DNA from: an uncultured Bdellovibrionales bacterium
Lineage (GTDB): Bacteria > Bdellovibrionota > Bdellovibrionia > Bdellovibrionales > JAMPXM01
NCBI GenBank assembly: GCA_964543475.1
Contig: CAZIYJ010000004.1
Span: forward strand, 63,362-127,361
Direction: 5' to 3'
DNA length: 64,000 nt
Shown: positions 9,784 to 18,673 of the stretch, one piece after another
How positions within the stretch are numbered: the first letter of the stretch is position 1
Layout: every line of letters begins with the position of its first letter
Made by a program: the position numbers and the translations under genes
Notes under the pieces: generated by a model
Told to the model about the DNA's origin: nothing
Database searches by the model: none
Seen by the model: only the letters and a program-made list of their open reading frames with translations

Positions 9784-12700
9784 CTAGTGCAAATTTTTCT
9801 GAAGTGTCTTTGCAATTTCAGCGGCAAGAGACTTTGGCGAAATAGGCTTTGCGATATGCGACTGGAACCCCGCATTGATTGCGTCGGCGATTTCTTGCGG
9901 TCGAACATAGGCAGTTAATGCAATTGCCGGAATCTTAGATGATGGCTGCTCCGAACGATACCGGCGCATGAATTCAAGCCCATTTTCATCTGGCATTCCG
10001 ATGTCGCTTAGAATGAGGTCTGGCTTCTCGCGTGAAAGAACTTCCCGCGCCTGCTGGGCTGACTCCGCAGTCAACACTTCTGCCCCTCGCTTCTTTAGCA
10101 ACCTCACTACCAACTCGCGATTATCAACTGAATCTTCGACCAATAGAATCTTAATTCCCTGCAAACTCACTTCCGGCAAAGCTTCACTCTCTCGGATGGC
10201 TTCTTCACGCGCCATTTGGGGAGCACTGTACGAATAGCCCGTGATGATCGGAAGTCGAACCGTAAAAGTTGCTCCTTCGCCGTGACCCGCACTTCGCACC
10301 TGCACCGTGCCACCATGAATTTCGACTAAGCTTTTTACAATTGAAAGACCGAGCCCGAGTCCGCCGTACTTGCGAGTCGTTGAGCTATCCGCTTGTCTAA
10401 AGCGATCAAAAACGTAAGGTAAGAATTCTTCTTTGATACCGATTCCAGTGTCAGTCACTTCAAAAACACAATCGTTGTCATCTTGTTTTACTTCAAGAGT
10501 TACGCTTCCTCCCGAAGGAGTGAACTTCACTGCATTGTTCACTAAATTCCAAATGATCTGATGAAGCCTCGTTGGATCAGCCATAAATTTAGAAGGCGCT
10601 GAAGCCGATTTAAAATGGACGGAGACCCCTTTTGTTTCAGCGGTCTGCTTTATAGCAGAAGCCACCCCTGAAGCGACTTCGCCAGGAGAAATCGCCTGAG
10701 GAACATAGGCAATTTTGCCGGTGATAATTGATGAGACATCTAAGAGATCGGCAACGATCTGAGTTTGCAGTCGAGTATTTCGTTGGATCGTCGCTAGTGA
10801 TTTCTTAAGCTCATCTCTCGATAAGCTTTCCATCTCTCCCATCAGTAGATCGGCATGCCCTTGTATCACATTAATCGGAGTTCTGAGTTCATGCGAAAGA
10901 GTTGCCAAGAACTCATCTTTCACACGGTTTAGACCTTGAGCTTCTCGGAACAGGCGTGAATTTTCGATTGCAATACCAGCCCGTGTGCAAAGTTCTTCTG
11001 CTAGCCTTAGATCAGAGCTACTGAAGCGACGTCGAGACTCTTGAGTTGTCACCAATGTGAGTACGCCAATCACTTCACTACTTACCTTGATTGGCACACA
11101 GATGTAAGAGAAGAAGCCTATCTCTTCAATTATTTTCCAATGTTCCTCGTCGACAGCGGCTGACCGAAGAAGCTCTAAAGGGATTTCTTCGACAAACTCT
11201 GAAGTTTTAGTTCGCAAGACATTCGGAGCACCTATTGGCGAATCGTATTTCGTTGGATACTTTCTGTTAAGCTCCCAAGCCCATTTCACTTTTTCTGGAT
11301 CACTATGCGCCACTGCAACTTGCTTTAACTTTCCATTTTCATCGAGCATTTGCACTGCGCACCAGTCGGCGATCGAAGGCACACTCACTTTTGTTAACGA
11401 CTTAAGAATCTCTTCGAGATTGAGCGAAGAAGTAAGTGCCGCACTCGCCTCCGCGAGAAAAGAAAGACGCTCTGCTGCCTTAAGCTCCTCTTGTCGACTG
11501 ATATTCGCTTCAATGAGCTGAAATCTTTCAGCCTCAAGCCGCTTTCGCTCCGTAATATCTTCAGATATGCCAACTAAATACTTTGGGTGTCCACCGTCAT
11601 CGTAGATAGGGATCTTCTTGGTATGAAGTGTTCTAATACCATGCGGGGTTGTGATTTCTTCATCGGGAATATCGAATGCCTCTGTGCCCTCAAGAACTTG
11701 ACGATCCTTGCTTTGGAATCGCTTGGCTTCTTCATTATCAAAAAAGTCGTAATCAGACTTTCCGATCAGCTGATCTCGAGAAACTCCGAGCAATTTTTCG
11801 CCAGCCTTGTTGAAACTTACGAACTTAAGGTCTTTGGCATCTTTAACAAAGATCATATGTGGAATGTTTTCGAGAACCGACTCCGAGAATATATAAGCTT
11901 CGCTCAGCTCTTTCGTTCGCTCTTCGACTGCCTTTTCGAGATTTTCATTTACTTCAACTAACCGCTGCTCAATGAGCTTAGAGTCTTGAATATCGGTAGA
12001 AGTACCAAACCAGTAAATAATTTCTCCGAGATCGTTTCTAATCGCAGTGCCACGGGTTTTAAACCATTTATATTCACCATCAAAACGTCTGATTCGGTAT
12101 TCGACATCATACGGGTGGTCGCCACTAACAGCACCCCTCCAGTGCGTGGCAACACGCTCACGATCGTCCGGGTGAATCACCTGATCCAGCCAGTTTAAGC
12201 CGAGCTGCAAAATTTCAGGGATTCCAGTAAATTCGGTCCACTGCTTGCTTAAGTAATCGCAGCTCCCGTCAGGCTTGCAAGTCCAAACAAGTTGCGGGAG
12301 TGTTTCAGTCAAAGTTCGATAACGCCATTCGCTTTCTTTTAATCGACGACGTGATATCACTTGTTCCGTCACATCTACGGCATGATCGTAAACAGCATAG
12401 GCGGTGTTGTTCTGATCGAAAATCGGGACATAGATGTAAGTGTAGTAACGATCTTCTATCTCTCCATCGACTTCACGCTTATGACGAACAAGAGCTTCGC
12501 TTTCGAAATGAGATTTACCGGTCCTCATCACTTCCTTAAGCAAGATATCAAACCCCTGCCCAGCGAGCTCCGGAATCGCATCGAGGAGTGGTAGGCCAAG
12601 AAGTTGTCGATTCGGGAAGAGCGCTTGGTACTGAGGATTGACTCGATCAAAAACTAAATCCTCGCCGCGCCAAATGGCCATTGATGCCGGCGATGCCTGA

Positions 12701-13173
12701 AAAATCTGTTCAAGCTTAAACTTCTCTGCTGTAAGTTCGATTTCTCGTTTTTTTAGATTTTCTTCGGCAAGCTTTCGATCGGTAATATTGAGACAAGTGC
12801 CAATAAAGCGCGATGGTTTACCGGATGCATCTTTTTGTACCTGGCCTAAAACATTGAACCACACTGTCTTACCAGTCGTCGGCTGAACGACTCGATAGTC
12901 AATATTGTAATTGCCGCCCTCTGAAATGGTTTTTTCGATATGATTTTTAACTCGCTCTTGATCGTCAGGGTGAATCAAACCAACTGCATAATCGAGAGAT
13001 TCATGATTTTCGCTTATGCCCCAGTCAGCGAGCATCTGCTCACTGAAAAACATCTTCCCCGTCTGAATATTCCAGTCGTAGAAGCCGATGTGTGAGGCCT
13101 TGATAGCTAGGATCAACTGTTCTGAATTGTTCATTGATGATCCAGAATTACTACATCGAACCCTTAGTCGCAT
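9784..13173 (-). CDS. hybrid sensor histidine kinase (multiple PAS, GAF, HisKA, HATPase_c, receiver)
   Basis: About four PAS/PAC-like segments, then a GAF-like region. H-box LSHELRTPIN; N/G boxes (NLVNNAVKFT, DTGIGI, GGLGLGLS). C-terminal receiver (LLVEDS, ILSDIGMP, LTAY, IAKP). Start may be ATG 13134 (MNNSEQ). Confidence 0.9.
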   Translation of the reverse strand: MRLRVRCSNSGSSMNNSEQLILAIKASHIGFYDWNIQTGKMFFSEQMLADWGISENHESLDYAVGLIHPDDQERVKNHIEKTISEGGNYNIDYRVVQPTTGKTVWFNVLGQVQKDASGKPSRFIGTCLNITDRKLAEENLKKREIELTAEKFKLEQIFQASPASMAIWRGEDLVFDRVNPQYQALFPNRQLLGLPLLDAIPELAGQGFDILLKEVMRTGKSHFESEALVRHKREVDGEIEDRYYTYIYVPIFDQNNTAYAVYDHAVDVTEQVISRRRLKESEWRYRTLTETLPQLVWTCKPDGSCDYLSKQWTEFTGIPEILQLGLNWLDQVIHPDDRERVATHWRGAVSGDHPYDVEYRIRRFDGEYKWFKTRGTAIRNDLGEIIYWFGTSTDIQDSKLIEQRLVEVNENLEKAVEERTKELSEAYIFSESVLENIPHMIFVKDAKDLKFVSFNKAGEKLLGVSRDQLIGKSDYDFFDNEEAKRFQSKDRQVLEGTEAFDIPDEEITTPHGIRTLHTKKIPIYDDGGHPKYLVGISEDITERKRLEAERFQLIEANISRQEELKAAERLSFLAEASAALTSSLNLEEILKSLTKVSVPSIADWCAVQMLDENGKLKQVAVAHSDPEKVKWAWELNRKYPTKYDSPIGAPNVLRTKTSEFVEEIPLELLRSAAVDEEHWKIIEEIGFFSYICVPIKVSSEVIGVLTLVTTQESRRRFSSSDLRLAEELCTRAGIAIENSRLFREAQGLNRVKDEFLATLSHELRTPINVIQGHADLLMGEMESLSRDELKKSLATIQRNTRLQTQIVADLLDVSSIITGKIAYVPQAISPGEVASGVASAIKQTAETKGVSVHFKSASAPSKFMADPTRLHQIIWNLVNNAVKFTPSGGSVTLEVKQDDNDCVFEVTDTGIGIKEEFLPYVFDRFRQADSSTTRKYGGLGLGLSIVKSLVEIHGGTVQVRSAGHGEGATFTVRLPIITGYSYSAPQMAREEAIRESEALPEVSLQGIKILLVEDSVDNRELVVRLLKKRGAEVLTAESAQQAREVLSREKPDLILSDIGMPDENGLEFMRRYRSEQPSSKIPAIALTAYVRPQEIADAINAGFQSHIAKPISPKSLAAEIAKTLQKNLH

Positions 13174-13239
13174 TAAGGATAAGAATTTATGTAGAAATTC
13201 ACAATTCTTGGGTTTCGAAATTATTAAACGATTTTAGTT

Positions 13240-14223
13240 TCAGCCCCAAAGAGCCGGAGATGGTGGGTAGATTGTACTACCTTCAAAATGCAGTCCTTCA
13301 TCTCGGTCTTTTGCTAAGAGCAGTGGTCCATCAAGATCGACAAATTCTGCGTCTTGAGCAATGAGCATTGCAGGCGCCATTGCTAATGACGAGCTCACCA
13401 TGCATCCGACCATAACGCCGAACTTTCTCTCCCGCGCAGCTTTCGCAAGAGCCAGTGCCTCCGTTAACCCACCAGTCTTATCCAGTTTGATGTTTACAAA
13501 CTCATACAAGCCTATAAGACGATCAAGACTCTCAAGTCCATGGACTGACTCATCAGCACAGATCGGAACCAATCGTTTAAGACCACGTAATAGCTCATCG
13601 TCGGCTGCTGCAACAGGCTGTTCAATCAGTGAGTATCCGGCCTCTTTGCATGCCTCGAGGTGACGAACAATGTTGCCGGCATTCCAGCCTTCGTTCGCAT
13701 CTGCGATCAATTTTGAATTTGGTGCGGCCTTACGAACTGCAAATATCCGATCGATGTCACCTTCTGGTGCACCCATTTTAATTTTTAAGATTGGTCGATG
13801 AGCTGACTTCTTTGCATTTTCAAACATCGCATCGACTGAACCCAGACTAATGGTGAAAGCAGTTTCAACTGGTTTCAAATCACGAATTCCAGCCAAGATA
13901 TGAGCCCGAGTATTTTTCTGTTTTGCCTCAATATCCCAAAGAGCGCAGTCGAGCGCATTCCTCGCGGCACCAGCAGGAATTATTGACTGAAGTCGGTCGC
14001 GACTTGCACCTTGCTCAATAATTACTTTAATTTTTTCGATTTGGTCGACGACAGTTTCAATTGATTCTTTGTATCGGGAGTACGGAACACATTCACCTCG
14101 ACCTAAAAATGTGCCATCAGCGATTTCTGCAACTACTACCGCCGCCTCAGTTTTTGAGCCTCGCGCAATCGTAAACTGCCCTGCAATAGAAAATTTTTCG
14201 ACTCGAAGAGTAAGCTTTCTCAT
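13240..14223 (-). CDS. ycjG: L-Ala-D/L-Glu epimerase (enolase superfamily dipeptide epimerase)
   Basis: Colinear similarity to E. coli YcjG as I recall it: FTIARGS, ECVPYSRY, PAGAARNALDCALWD, DANEGW, ICADES, VNIKLDKTGGLTEALALA, DLDGP. Confidence 0.85.
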   Translation of the reverse strand: MRKLTLRVEKFSIAGQFTIARGSKTEAAVVVAEIADGTFLGRGECVPYSRYKESIETVVDQIEKIKVIIEQGASRDRLQSIIPAGAARNALDCALWDIEAKQKNTRAHILAGIRDLKPVETAFTISLGSVDAMFENAKKSAHRPILKIKMGAPEGDIDRIFAVRKAAPNSKLIADANEGWNAGNIVRHLEACKEAGYSLIEQPVAAADDELLRGLKRLVPICADESVHGLESLDRLIGLYEFVNIKLDKTGGLTEALALAKAARERKFGVMVGCMVSSSLAMAPAMLIAQDAEFVDLDGPLLLAKDRDEGLHFEGSTIYPPSPALWG

Positions 14224-14260
14224 CTAGAAAGCGTAGATCACAGTTTTTAGATCGGCAAAT

Positions 14261-14941
14261 TTAATTTTCGGTCACGACGACACAGTAACCTTCGCCATAG
14301 ACTGTTTTTATTTCAACATTGGCGCCAGCAAGTTTTTTTCGAAGTGAAGTAATATGAGGGTCGACGACGCGATCTGCTCCCTCACCCCAGACTTCTTTTG
14401 ATAGCTGCTTTCGGGGTAAAACTCTGCCTTCTGCATTGAGAAGAGCGTTAAAGATCTTCGCTTCCGTGACTCCGAGTTTAACTGGCGCTCCGCCTTTGAT
14501 CACAAGAGACATTTTAGAGAAGTCTAAAACGATGTCGGCGAGAACTCTCTGGGCCTGGGTTGTGTCTTCGCGAACCCTTCTCATTTTCGATTTAACCCGA
14601 GCAACTAACTCTTCGGTGCCGAAAGGTCTTTCGATATAATCATCTGCTCCGGCATTAAACGCTTCGATTCGCTTTAATGCATCACTGACATTAGCGACAA
14701 ATATAAAGCGGCAGTTATGAATCATTGGGTCACTGCGAAGTCGCCGACAGACTTCGATCGCATCGATTTCAGGATACGCAAGTTCAAGGATAATCACTTG
14801 TGGCTTAAATTTATAAGCAAACTCAAAACCTTTAACTCCACAGTGTGCGGTGATCACTTCGAATTTCTTTGATAGAAGTTGGCTGACTTGTTCACGAACA
14901 GTCGAACCACTTTCAACAACTAGCACAAGCTCACGATTCAC
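14261..14941 (-). CDS. atypical OmpR/PhoB-family response regulator (phospho-acceptor Asp replaced)
   Basis: Receiver plus winged-helix output (VDPHITSLRKKL, YGEGY). Compared with OmpR: DD is ES (LVVESGS), D55 is E (IILELAYP), T83 is A (FVAN), K105 is R (YIERPF). Confidence 0.8.
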   Translation of the reverse strand: MNRELVLVVESGSTVREQVSQLLSKKFEVITAHCGVKGFEFAYKFKPQVIILELAYPEIDAIEVCRRLRSDPMIHNCRFIFVANVSDALKRIEAFNAGADDYIERPFGTEELVARVKSKMRRVREDTTQAQRVLADIVLDFSKMSLVIKGGAPVKLGVTEAKIFNALLNAEGRVLPRKQLSKEVWGEGADRVVDPHITSLRKKLAGANVEIKTVYGEGYCVVVTEN

Positions 14942-15122
14942 TACTCACCCTTGATCCTCATTAAAAAACTGAGGCAATTGGTATTATTAATAGTAAGAGT
15001 CAATTCTCGATAAAGATATTTTTATATCCAGCTTGAATCAATTCATTTATAAACAAGGAGTGTTTATTATCAAAATGACCTCTACTGTGCCACTGATTCG
15101 GCTCAGGACGATCTGAGGCTCT

Positions 15123-15152
15123 AGAAGAGAAAAGCCAGCTTCTTGCTGGCTT
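15123..15152 (-). terminator. intrinsic terminator after the FliG-like gene
   Basis: 8-bp stem AAGCCAGC/GCTGGCTT (15132-15139 / 15145-15152) with a 5-nt loop. On the minus strand it is followed by TTTCTCTTC. It lies about 35 nt past the stop at 15190. Confidence 0.6.
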
Positions 15153-15189
15153 CTCAATATGGCCTTGACCTGATGACAGAAATGCTATT

Positions 15190-15945
15190 TTAAGCGATTT
15201 TCTTTATCTGATCGAGCTTTCCACGCAAACGAAGTACTTCTTGTTTTAGTACTGAGTTCTCATTTGAGAGAACAGTTAGTCGCTTCTTTAAAAGAATAGT
15301 ATCGCTATTGCCCGCTCCATTTGGCACATTCGCAGTGCCTGAAGCCGCACCTGGCGACATTTCTGGATAAGGAGTATGAAACTCAGCATTAGCTTCGTAC
15401 TGAATTTTTGACGAGTCCGATTGGCTGACCGACGAAGAACTACTTCCGGCTGTAGTGCGCGGCTTTCTGAGCGCCTCTTCGATACCCTCTTCGACTACTA
15501 GCTTAGCGTCGATCTTTTCCATCCGAAGGCGTCCTTCAGAAATCATCTTTCGAACGTCAGTGATCACACGACTAAAAGTAGTATTGATTTCAGCGGGTGT
15601 AGGTTGTGAAGCGTTGAATTGCTCCATCACTGCTCGTCGTTGCCCGTTTGACATTGCAGTTGTAAAGCGATCACGGTTTGATTCATCAAGCCCATGGAGC
15701 ATCACCGCAAGCGATAAAATCTGCAGGTTAGCAACGACCTCCATAAGAGCCTCGTTATCCCATCCGCAAATTTTTTGCATACTCAAGAGCTTCTCGCCCA
15801 TCATCTCAGCCCATCGAGGATCTTCTTCCTTTACGATCTCGAGAAACTTTATTTGTTTCTGCGGACCCGATGTCTCAATTAGATTCAAGAGCTGAAGAAA
15901 TCCACCCGGCTTACGATAGCGATCTAACATTGCCATTCTAAACAC
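15190..15945 (-). CDS. FliG-like (middle + C-terminal domain) protein with Ser/Ala/Gly linker and C-terminal coiled coil
   Basis: LAVMLHGLDESNRDRFTTAMSNGQRRAVMEQF...PAEINTTFSRVITDVRKMISEGRL fits the FliG_C pattern (LA.AL....e.r..il.nmS.R.a..l.e......v...Q..i......L...G.i). The tail LKKRLTVLSNENSVLKQEVLRLRGKLDQIKK is heptad-like. Confidence 0.5.
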   Translation of the reverse strand: MFRMAMLDRYRKPGGFLQLLNLIETSGPQKQIKFLEIVKEEDPRWAEMMGEKLLSMQKICGWDNEALMEVVANLQILSLAVMLHGLDESNRDRFTTAMSNGQRRAVMEQFNASQPTPAEINTTFSRVITDVRKMISEGRLRMEKIDAKLVVEEGIEEALRKPRTTAGSSSSSVSQSDSSKIQYEANAEFHTPYPEMSPGAASGTANVPNGAGNSDTILLKKRLTVLSNENSVLKQEVLRLRGKLDQIKKIA

Positions 15946-16094
15946 CCCGTATTTAAAACTTTCGGCGCTAGACCTTCGGACCGTTAGCTCCTTTTTGATA
16001 ATTAAACGAATCTTCGTTTATAGAGCACACAAAGAAATGTTCTGAGACAACTTCATAGTCGGAAATACAAATTTTAAAGAAAATGCCGATCTCT

Positions 16095-16123
16095 TTGACA
16101 GCGTCTCAATATCAGACGTTAAT
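16095..16123 (+). promoter_or_regulatory. sigma70-like promoter for yafJ
   Basis: TTGACA (16095-16100), 17-nt spacer, GTTAAT (16118-16123). SD GAGGT precedes ATG 16142. Confidence 0.4.
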
Positions 16124-16141
16124 CTTCTTGAGGTTAATTAA

Positions 16142-16951
16142 ATGTGCCAACTTCTTGGTATGAACTGTAACACTCCCACCGACATCTGCTTCTCGTTTAC
16201 TGGCTTTCAAGCGCGTGGCGGACTTACGGACGTACATAAAGATGGTTGGGGAATCGCATTTTTCGAAGGCAAGGGAGTCAGGCAGTTTTTGGACTCAATA
16301 GCATCTGCTCATTCACCGGTCGCAGAATTAGTCCGAAATTATCCGATCAAATCAAGAAATGTTATCGCGCATATTCGTAAGGCCACTCAAGGAGTAGTTT
16401 CTCTTGAAAACACTCACCCCTTTTCTCGTGAACTTTGGGGTTTCTATTGGATATTTGCACACAACGGAAACCTTGTCGGGTTTAAGCCAAAGTTAAACGG
16501 AAGCTTTAACCCTGTTGGGCAAACCGATAGCGAAGAAGTCTTTTGTTGGATTCTTCAGGAGCTCAAGCTTCGCTTTGGCGACATCTACCCCGGCCCAGAA
16601 AAAGTTTACGATGCAGTTCATGAACTGACTCTTAAAGCCGGCGCATTTGGAGAATTTAATTTTCTGTTTTCTAATGGCGAAATGCTAATTGCTCATTGCT
16701 CAACTCAACTTTGCTACATCGTTCGAAAAGCGCCCTTTGCACAAGCTAGCCTTAGCGATCGCGAAGTAACGGTTGATTTTAGTTCTCTCACCACTGCTAA
16801 CGATCAGGTCGCAGTTATCGCGACCATTCCTCTAACTGATAATGAAAAATGGACCATCCTCGATCCTGGGCATCTCTGCTTTTTCAGGGATGGAGCACTC
16901 TTAGAAAATCGGAAGACTGCTCCCGGGAAAAAGAATATTTGCACTAGCTAG
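16142..16951 (+). CDS. yafJ: class II (Ntn) glutamine amidotransferase YafJ
   Basis: N-terminal MCQLLGM with Cys2 nucleophile. Colinear with E. coli YafJ as I recall it (PTDICFSFTG, HKDGWGI, ENTHPF, HNG, TDSE..FCW, VIAT.PLT.NE.W). Confidence 0.85.
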   Translation: MCQLLGMNCNTPTDICFSFTGFQARGGLTDVHKDGWGIAFFEGKGVRQFLDSIASAHSPVAELVRNYPIKSRNVIAHIRKATQGVVSLENTHPFSRELWGFYWIFAHNGNLVGFKPKLNGSFNPVGQTDSEEVFCWILQELKLRFGDIYPGPEKVYDAVHELTLKAGAFGEFNFLFSNGEMLIAHCSTQLCYIVRKAPFAQASLSDREVTVDFSSLTTANDQVAVIATIPLTDNEKWTILDPGHLCFFRDGALLENRKTAPGKKNICTS

Positions 16952-17070
16952 AGTCTTGATACGATCAAGTTCATTGCAAAGACTAAGAGCAGAAGTGATG
17001 TCACTGCAGCAAACGGAAAATTACGTCGTTCTTTAATTTCTTTTGCTTTCAAATTATTAGCTAAACTCAT
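16948..17070 (-). CDS. 40-aa small membrane protein (below the ORF-track cutoff)
   Basis: ATG 17070 is preceded by GGGGGA with a 5-nt gap. Translation MSLANNLKAKEIKERRNFPFAAVTSLLLLVFAMNLIVSRL: basic N terminus plus one TM helix. Its stop overlaps the yafJ stop (CTAG). Confidence 0.35.
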   Translation of the reverse strand: MSLANNLKAKEIKERRNFPFAAVTSLLLLVFAMNLIVSRL

Positions 17071-17196
17071 TAATTCCCCCTGATTCTTATTTCAAGATTG
17101 TTAAATGCATTCTTGGTACCAACCCAGCTCAGCTCTACACTCAGAAAGCTACCTTTTTCGCCAACTGAGAGCGGATTAGACAGAAATACGATCTAT

Positions 17197-17208
17197 TTGG
17201 ATATCCAA
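17197..17208. promoter_or_regulatory. perfect 12-bp palindrome TTGGATATCCAA (candidate operator)
   Basis: Self-complementary 12-mer about 140 nt upstream of XRE gene 17348. Direct repeat GATTTAGC x2 lies nearby, within about 17220-17250. Confidence 0.3.
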
Positions 17209-17347
17209 GCTGAGACATTATAAGGCTGATTTAGCGGCTAGATTTAGCTAAAGCGAGTTTATACTTTATTAAACAGAATCGATTGAAAACGATAACCTGT
17301 ATCGCGAAATCTTCTTCAGCAGTCTTACCATGAGTAAGTGTTAAGCT

Positions 17348-17632
17348 GTGTTCAATATGAACGATTCTAAGCGGGTGAAAAACCACGCACAGAAGAGACT
17401 AAACAAATTACCTACCAAGCACCGGAATGAAGTTCTTTCCGATCTTCGTATGATTTCATCAGCAGTTAAGATCAAACGAAAGCTGCTGGGCATTACACAA
17501 GAAGGCCTTGCTGAAGTCCTCGACATCGCTCCCACGACCGTTCAGTTCATTGAGCAGCAGCGACGTTATCCAAGCCTTCCAATGCTTCTCTATATCTGCA
17601 GATATTTGGAACTGAAAATTAAAATTGGCTAA
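17348..17632 (+). CDS. XRE-family helix-turn-helix transcriptional regulator
   Basis: HTH_3 pattern LLGITQEGLAEVLDIAPTTVQFIEQQRRYPSL. Start may be ATG 17357. Confidence 0.75.
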   Translation: MFNMNDSKRVKNHAQKRLNKLPTKHRNEVLSDLRMISSAVKIKRKLLGITQEGLAEVLDIAPTTVQFIEQQRRYPSLPMLLYICRYLELKIKIG

Positions 17633-17638
17633 TTAAAC

Positions 17639-18673
17639 TTAAGTTAGCTGCGGGAAAACCTTTTTAACTTTGTCCCACAAAAATTCGCCGTAGGTAAGAT
17701 TCTGCGGAAGATTCATTAGACTCAATGAATCCCATCGCTCGCTTTTCTCTTCTTTAACTCGCTCTAAAAGATTTGTCGGCAATAGCTTGCGATCGATTGG
17801 TTCAAGCTTGCACTTCCAGCCTGGATCAAAAAAGAATGGTAGCGAAATTCGATCTGAACGACCCTGATTTTTTACTCGATGAGGAGTGGCTTTATATATT
17901 CCATGAGTCCAAACTTCGAGCATGTCGCCAATATTGACTACAAAAGTTCCTTTGATCGGAGGCGCCTCAATCCAGCCTCCCTTTCGTGACTTAACTTGAA
18001 GACCGCCGCTCTCGTCTTGGCGAAGAAGAGTTAAGAAACCATAGTCAGTGTGCTCTCGCACTCCCCACTCATCATCGCCTTCTGACCAAACATGCTTTTG
18101 ATAATTGAAAATGCGAAACAAGATCGTAGGGTCATCGCTAAAGCGTTCACGAAAATATTTTCGATCAAGACCAAGCGACAGCGCAATACCCTCCATGACG
18201 AAGTGCCCTAACTCGGTGAGCGCGGACATGTATTCAAGAGTTAGAGTTTTGAACCGAGCATACTCTTTACGAGATGGCCACTGATTCGGACCGTGCAGCG
18301 CTGTGCCTGCCATGACTGATGGATGGTCAGATGAAAGTTCGCGGCCAAAATAAATTCCTTCCTTGCGATCGGGTCTGCCAGAAGTGAGCTCGCCGCCCGG
18401 CGGAAAATATCCTCGCCATGCTAGCCCGCCTTTTTCCATTGCGATTTGCATTTTAAATTCTTCATTCTCAGAAAAGAATTTCTGAGCGAGCGAAATTAGT
18501 TCGGATTGAAGTTCCTCAGAGACTCCGTGATGACTAACGTAAAAAAATCCTAAATCGCCAAGTGAGTCGCAAAAGAGCGCCAGAGTAGATTGCAATTCAT
18601 TAGCGCTCGCACCACTTTTTAATTTCGATATATCTATGACCGGAATTTTTTCCACACTAGAAGCGGCCATCAC
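17639..18673 (-). CDS. 2-oxoglutarate/Fe(II)-dependent oxygenase (isopenicillin-N-synthase family)
   Basis: N-terminal IPVIDIS; HxD...H facial triad (REHTDYGFLTLL ... ATPHRV); RISLPFF. Overlaps the upstream dadA end by 17 nt. Confidence 0.8.
   Translation of the reverse strand: MMAASSVEKIPVIDISKLKSGASANELQSTLALFCDSLGDLGFFYVSHHGVSEELQSELISLAQKFFSENEEFKMQIAMEKGGLAWRGYFPPGGELTSGRPDRKEGIYFGRELSSDHPSVMAGTALHGPNQWPSRKEYARFKTLTLEYMSALTELGHFVMEGIALSLGLDRKYFRERFSDDPTILFRIFNYQKHVWSEGDDEWGVREHTDYGFLTLLRQDESGGLQVKSRKGGWIEAPPIKGTFVVNIGDMLEVWTHGIYKATPHRVKNQGRSDRISLPFFFDPGWKCKLEPIDRKLLPTNLLERVKEEKSERWDSLSLMNLPQNLTYGEFLWDKVKKVFPQLT

Noticed and set aside
15064-15114. 16-codon ORF (MTSTVPLIRLRTI) after an AAGGAG in the regulator/FliG-like spacer
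   Set aside because: The SD spacing is too long (about 14 nt) and the peptide is very short and featureless.
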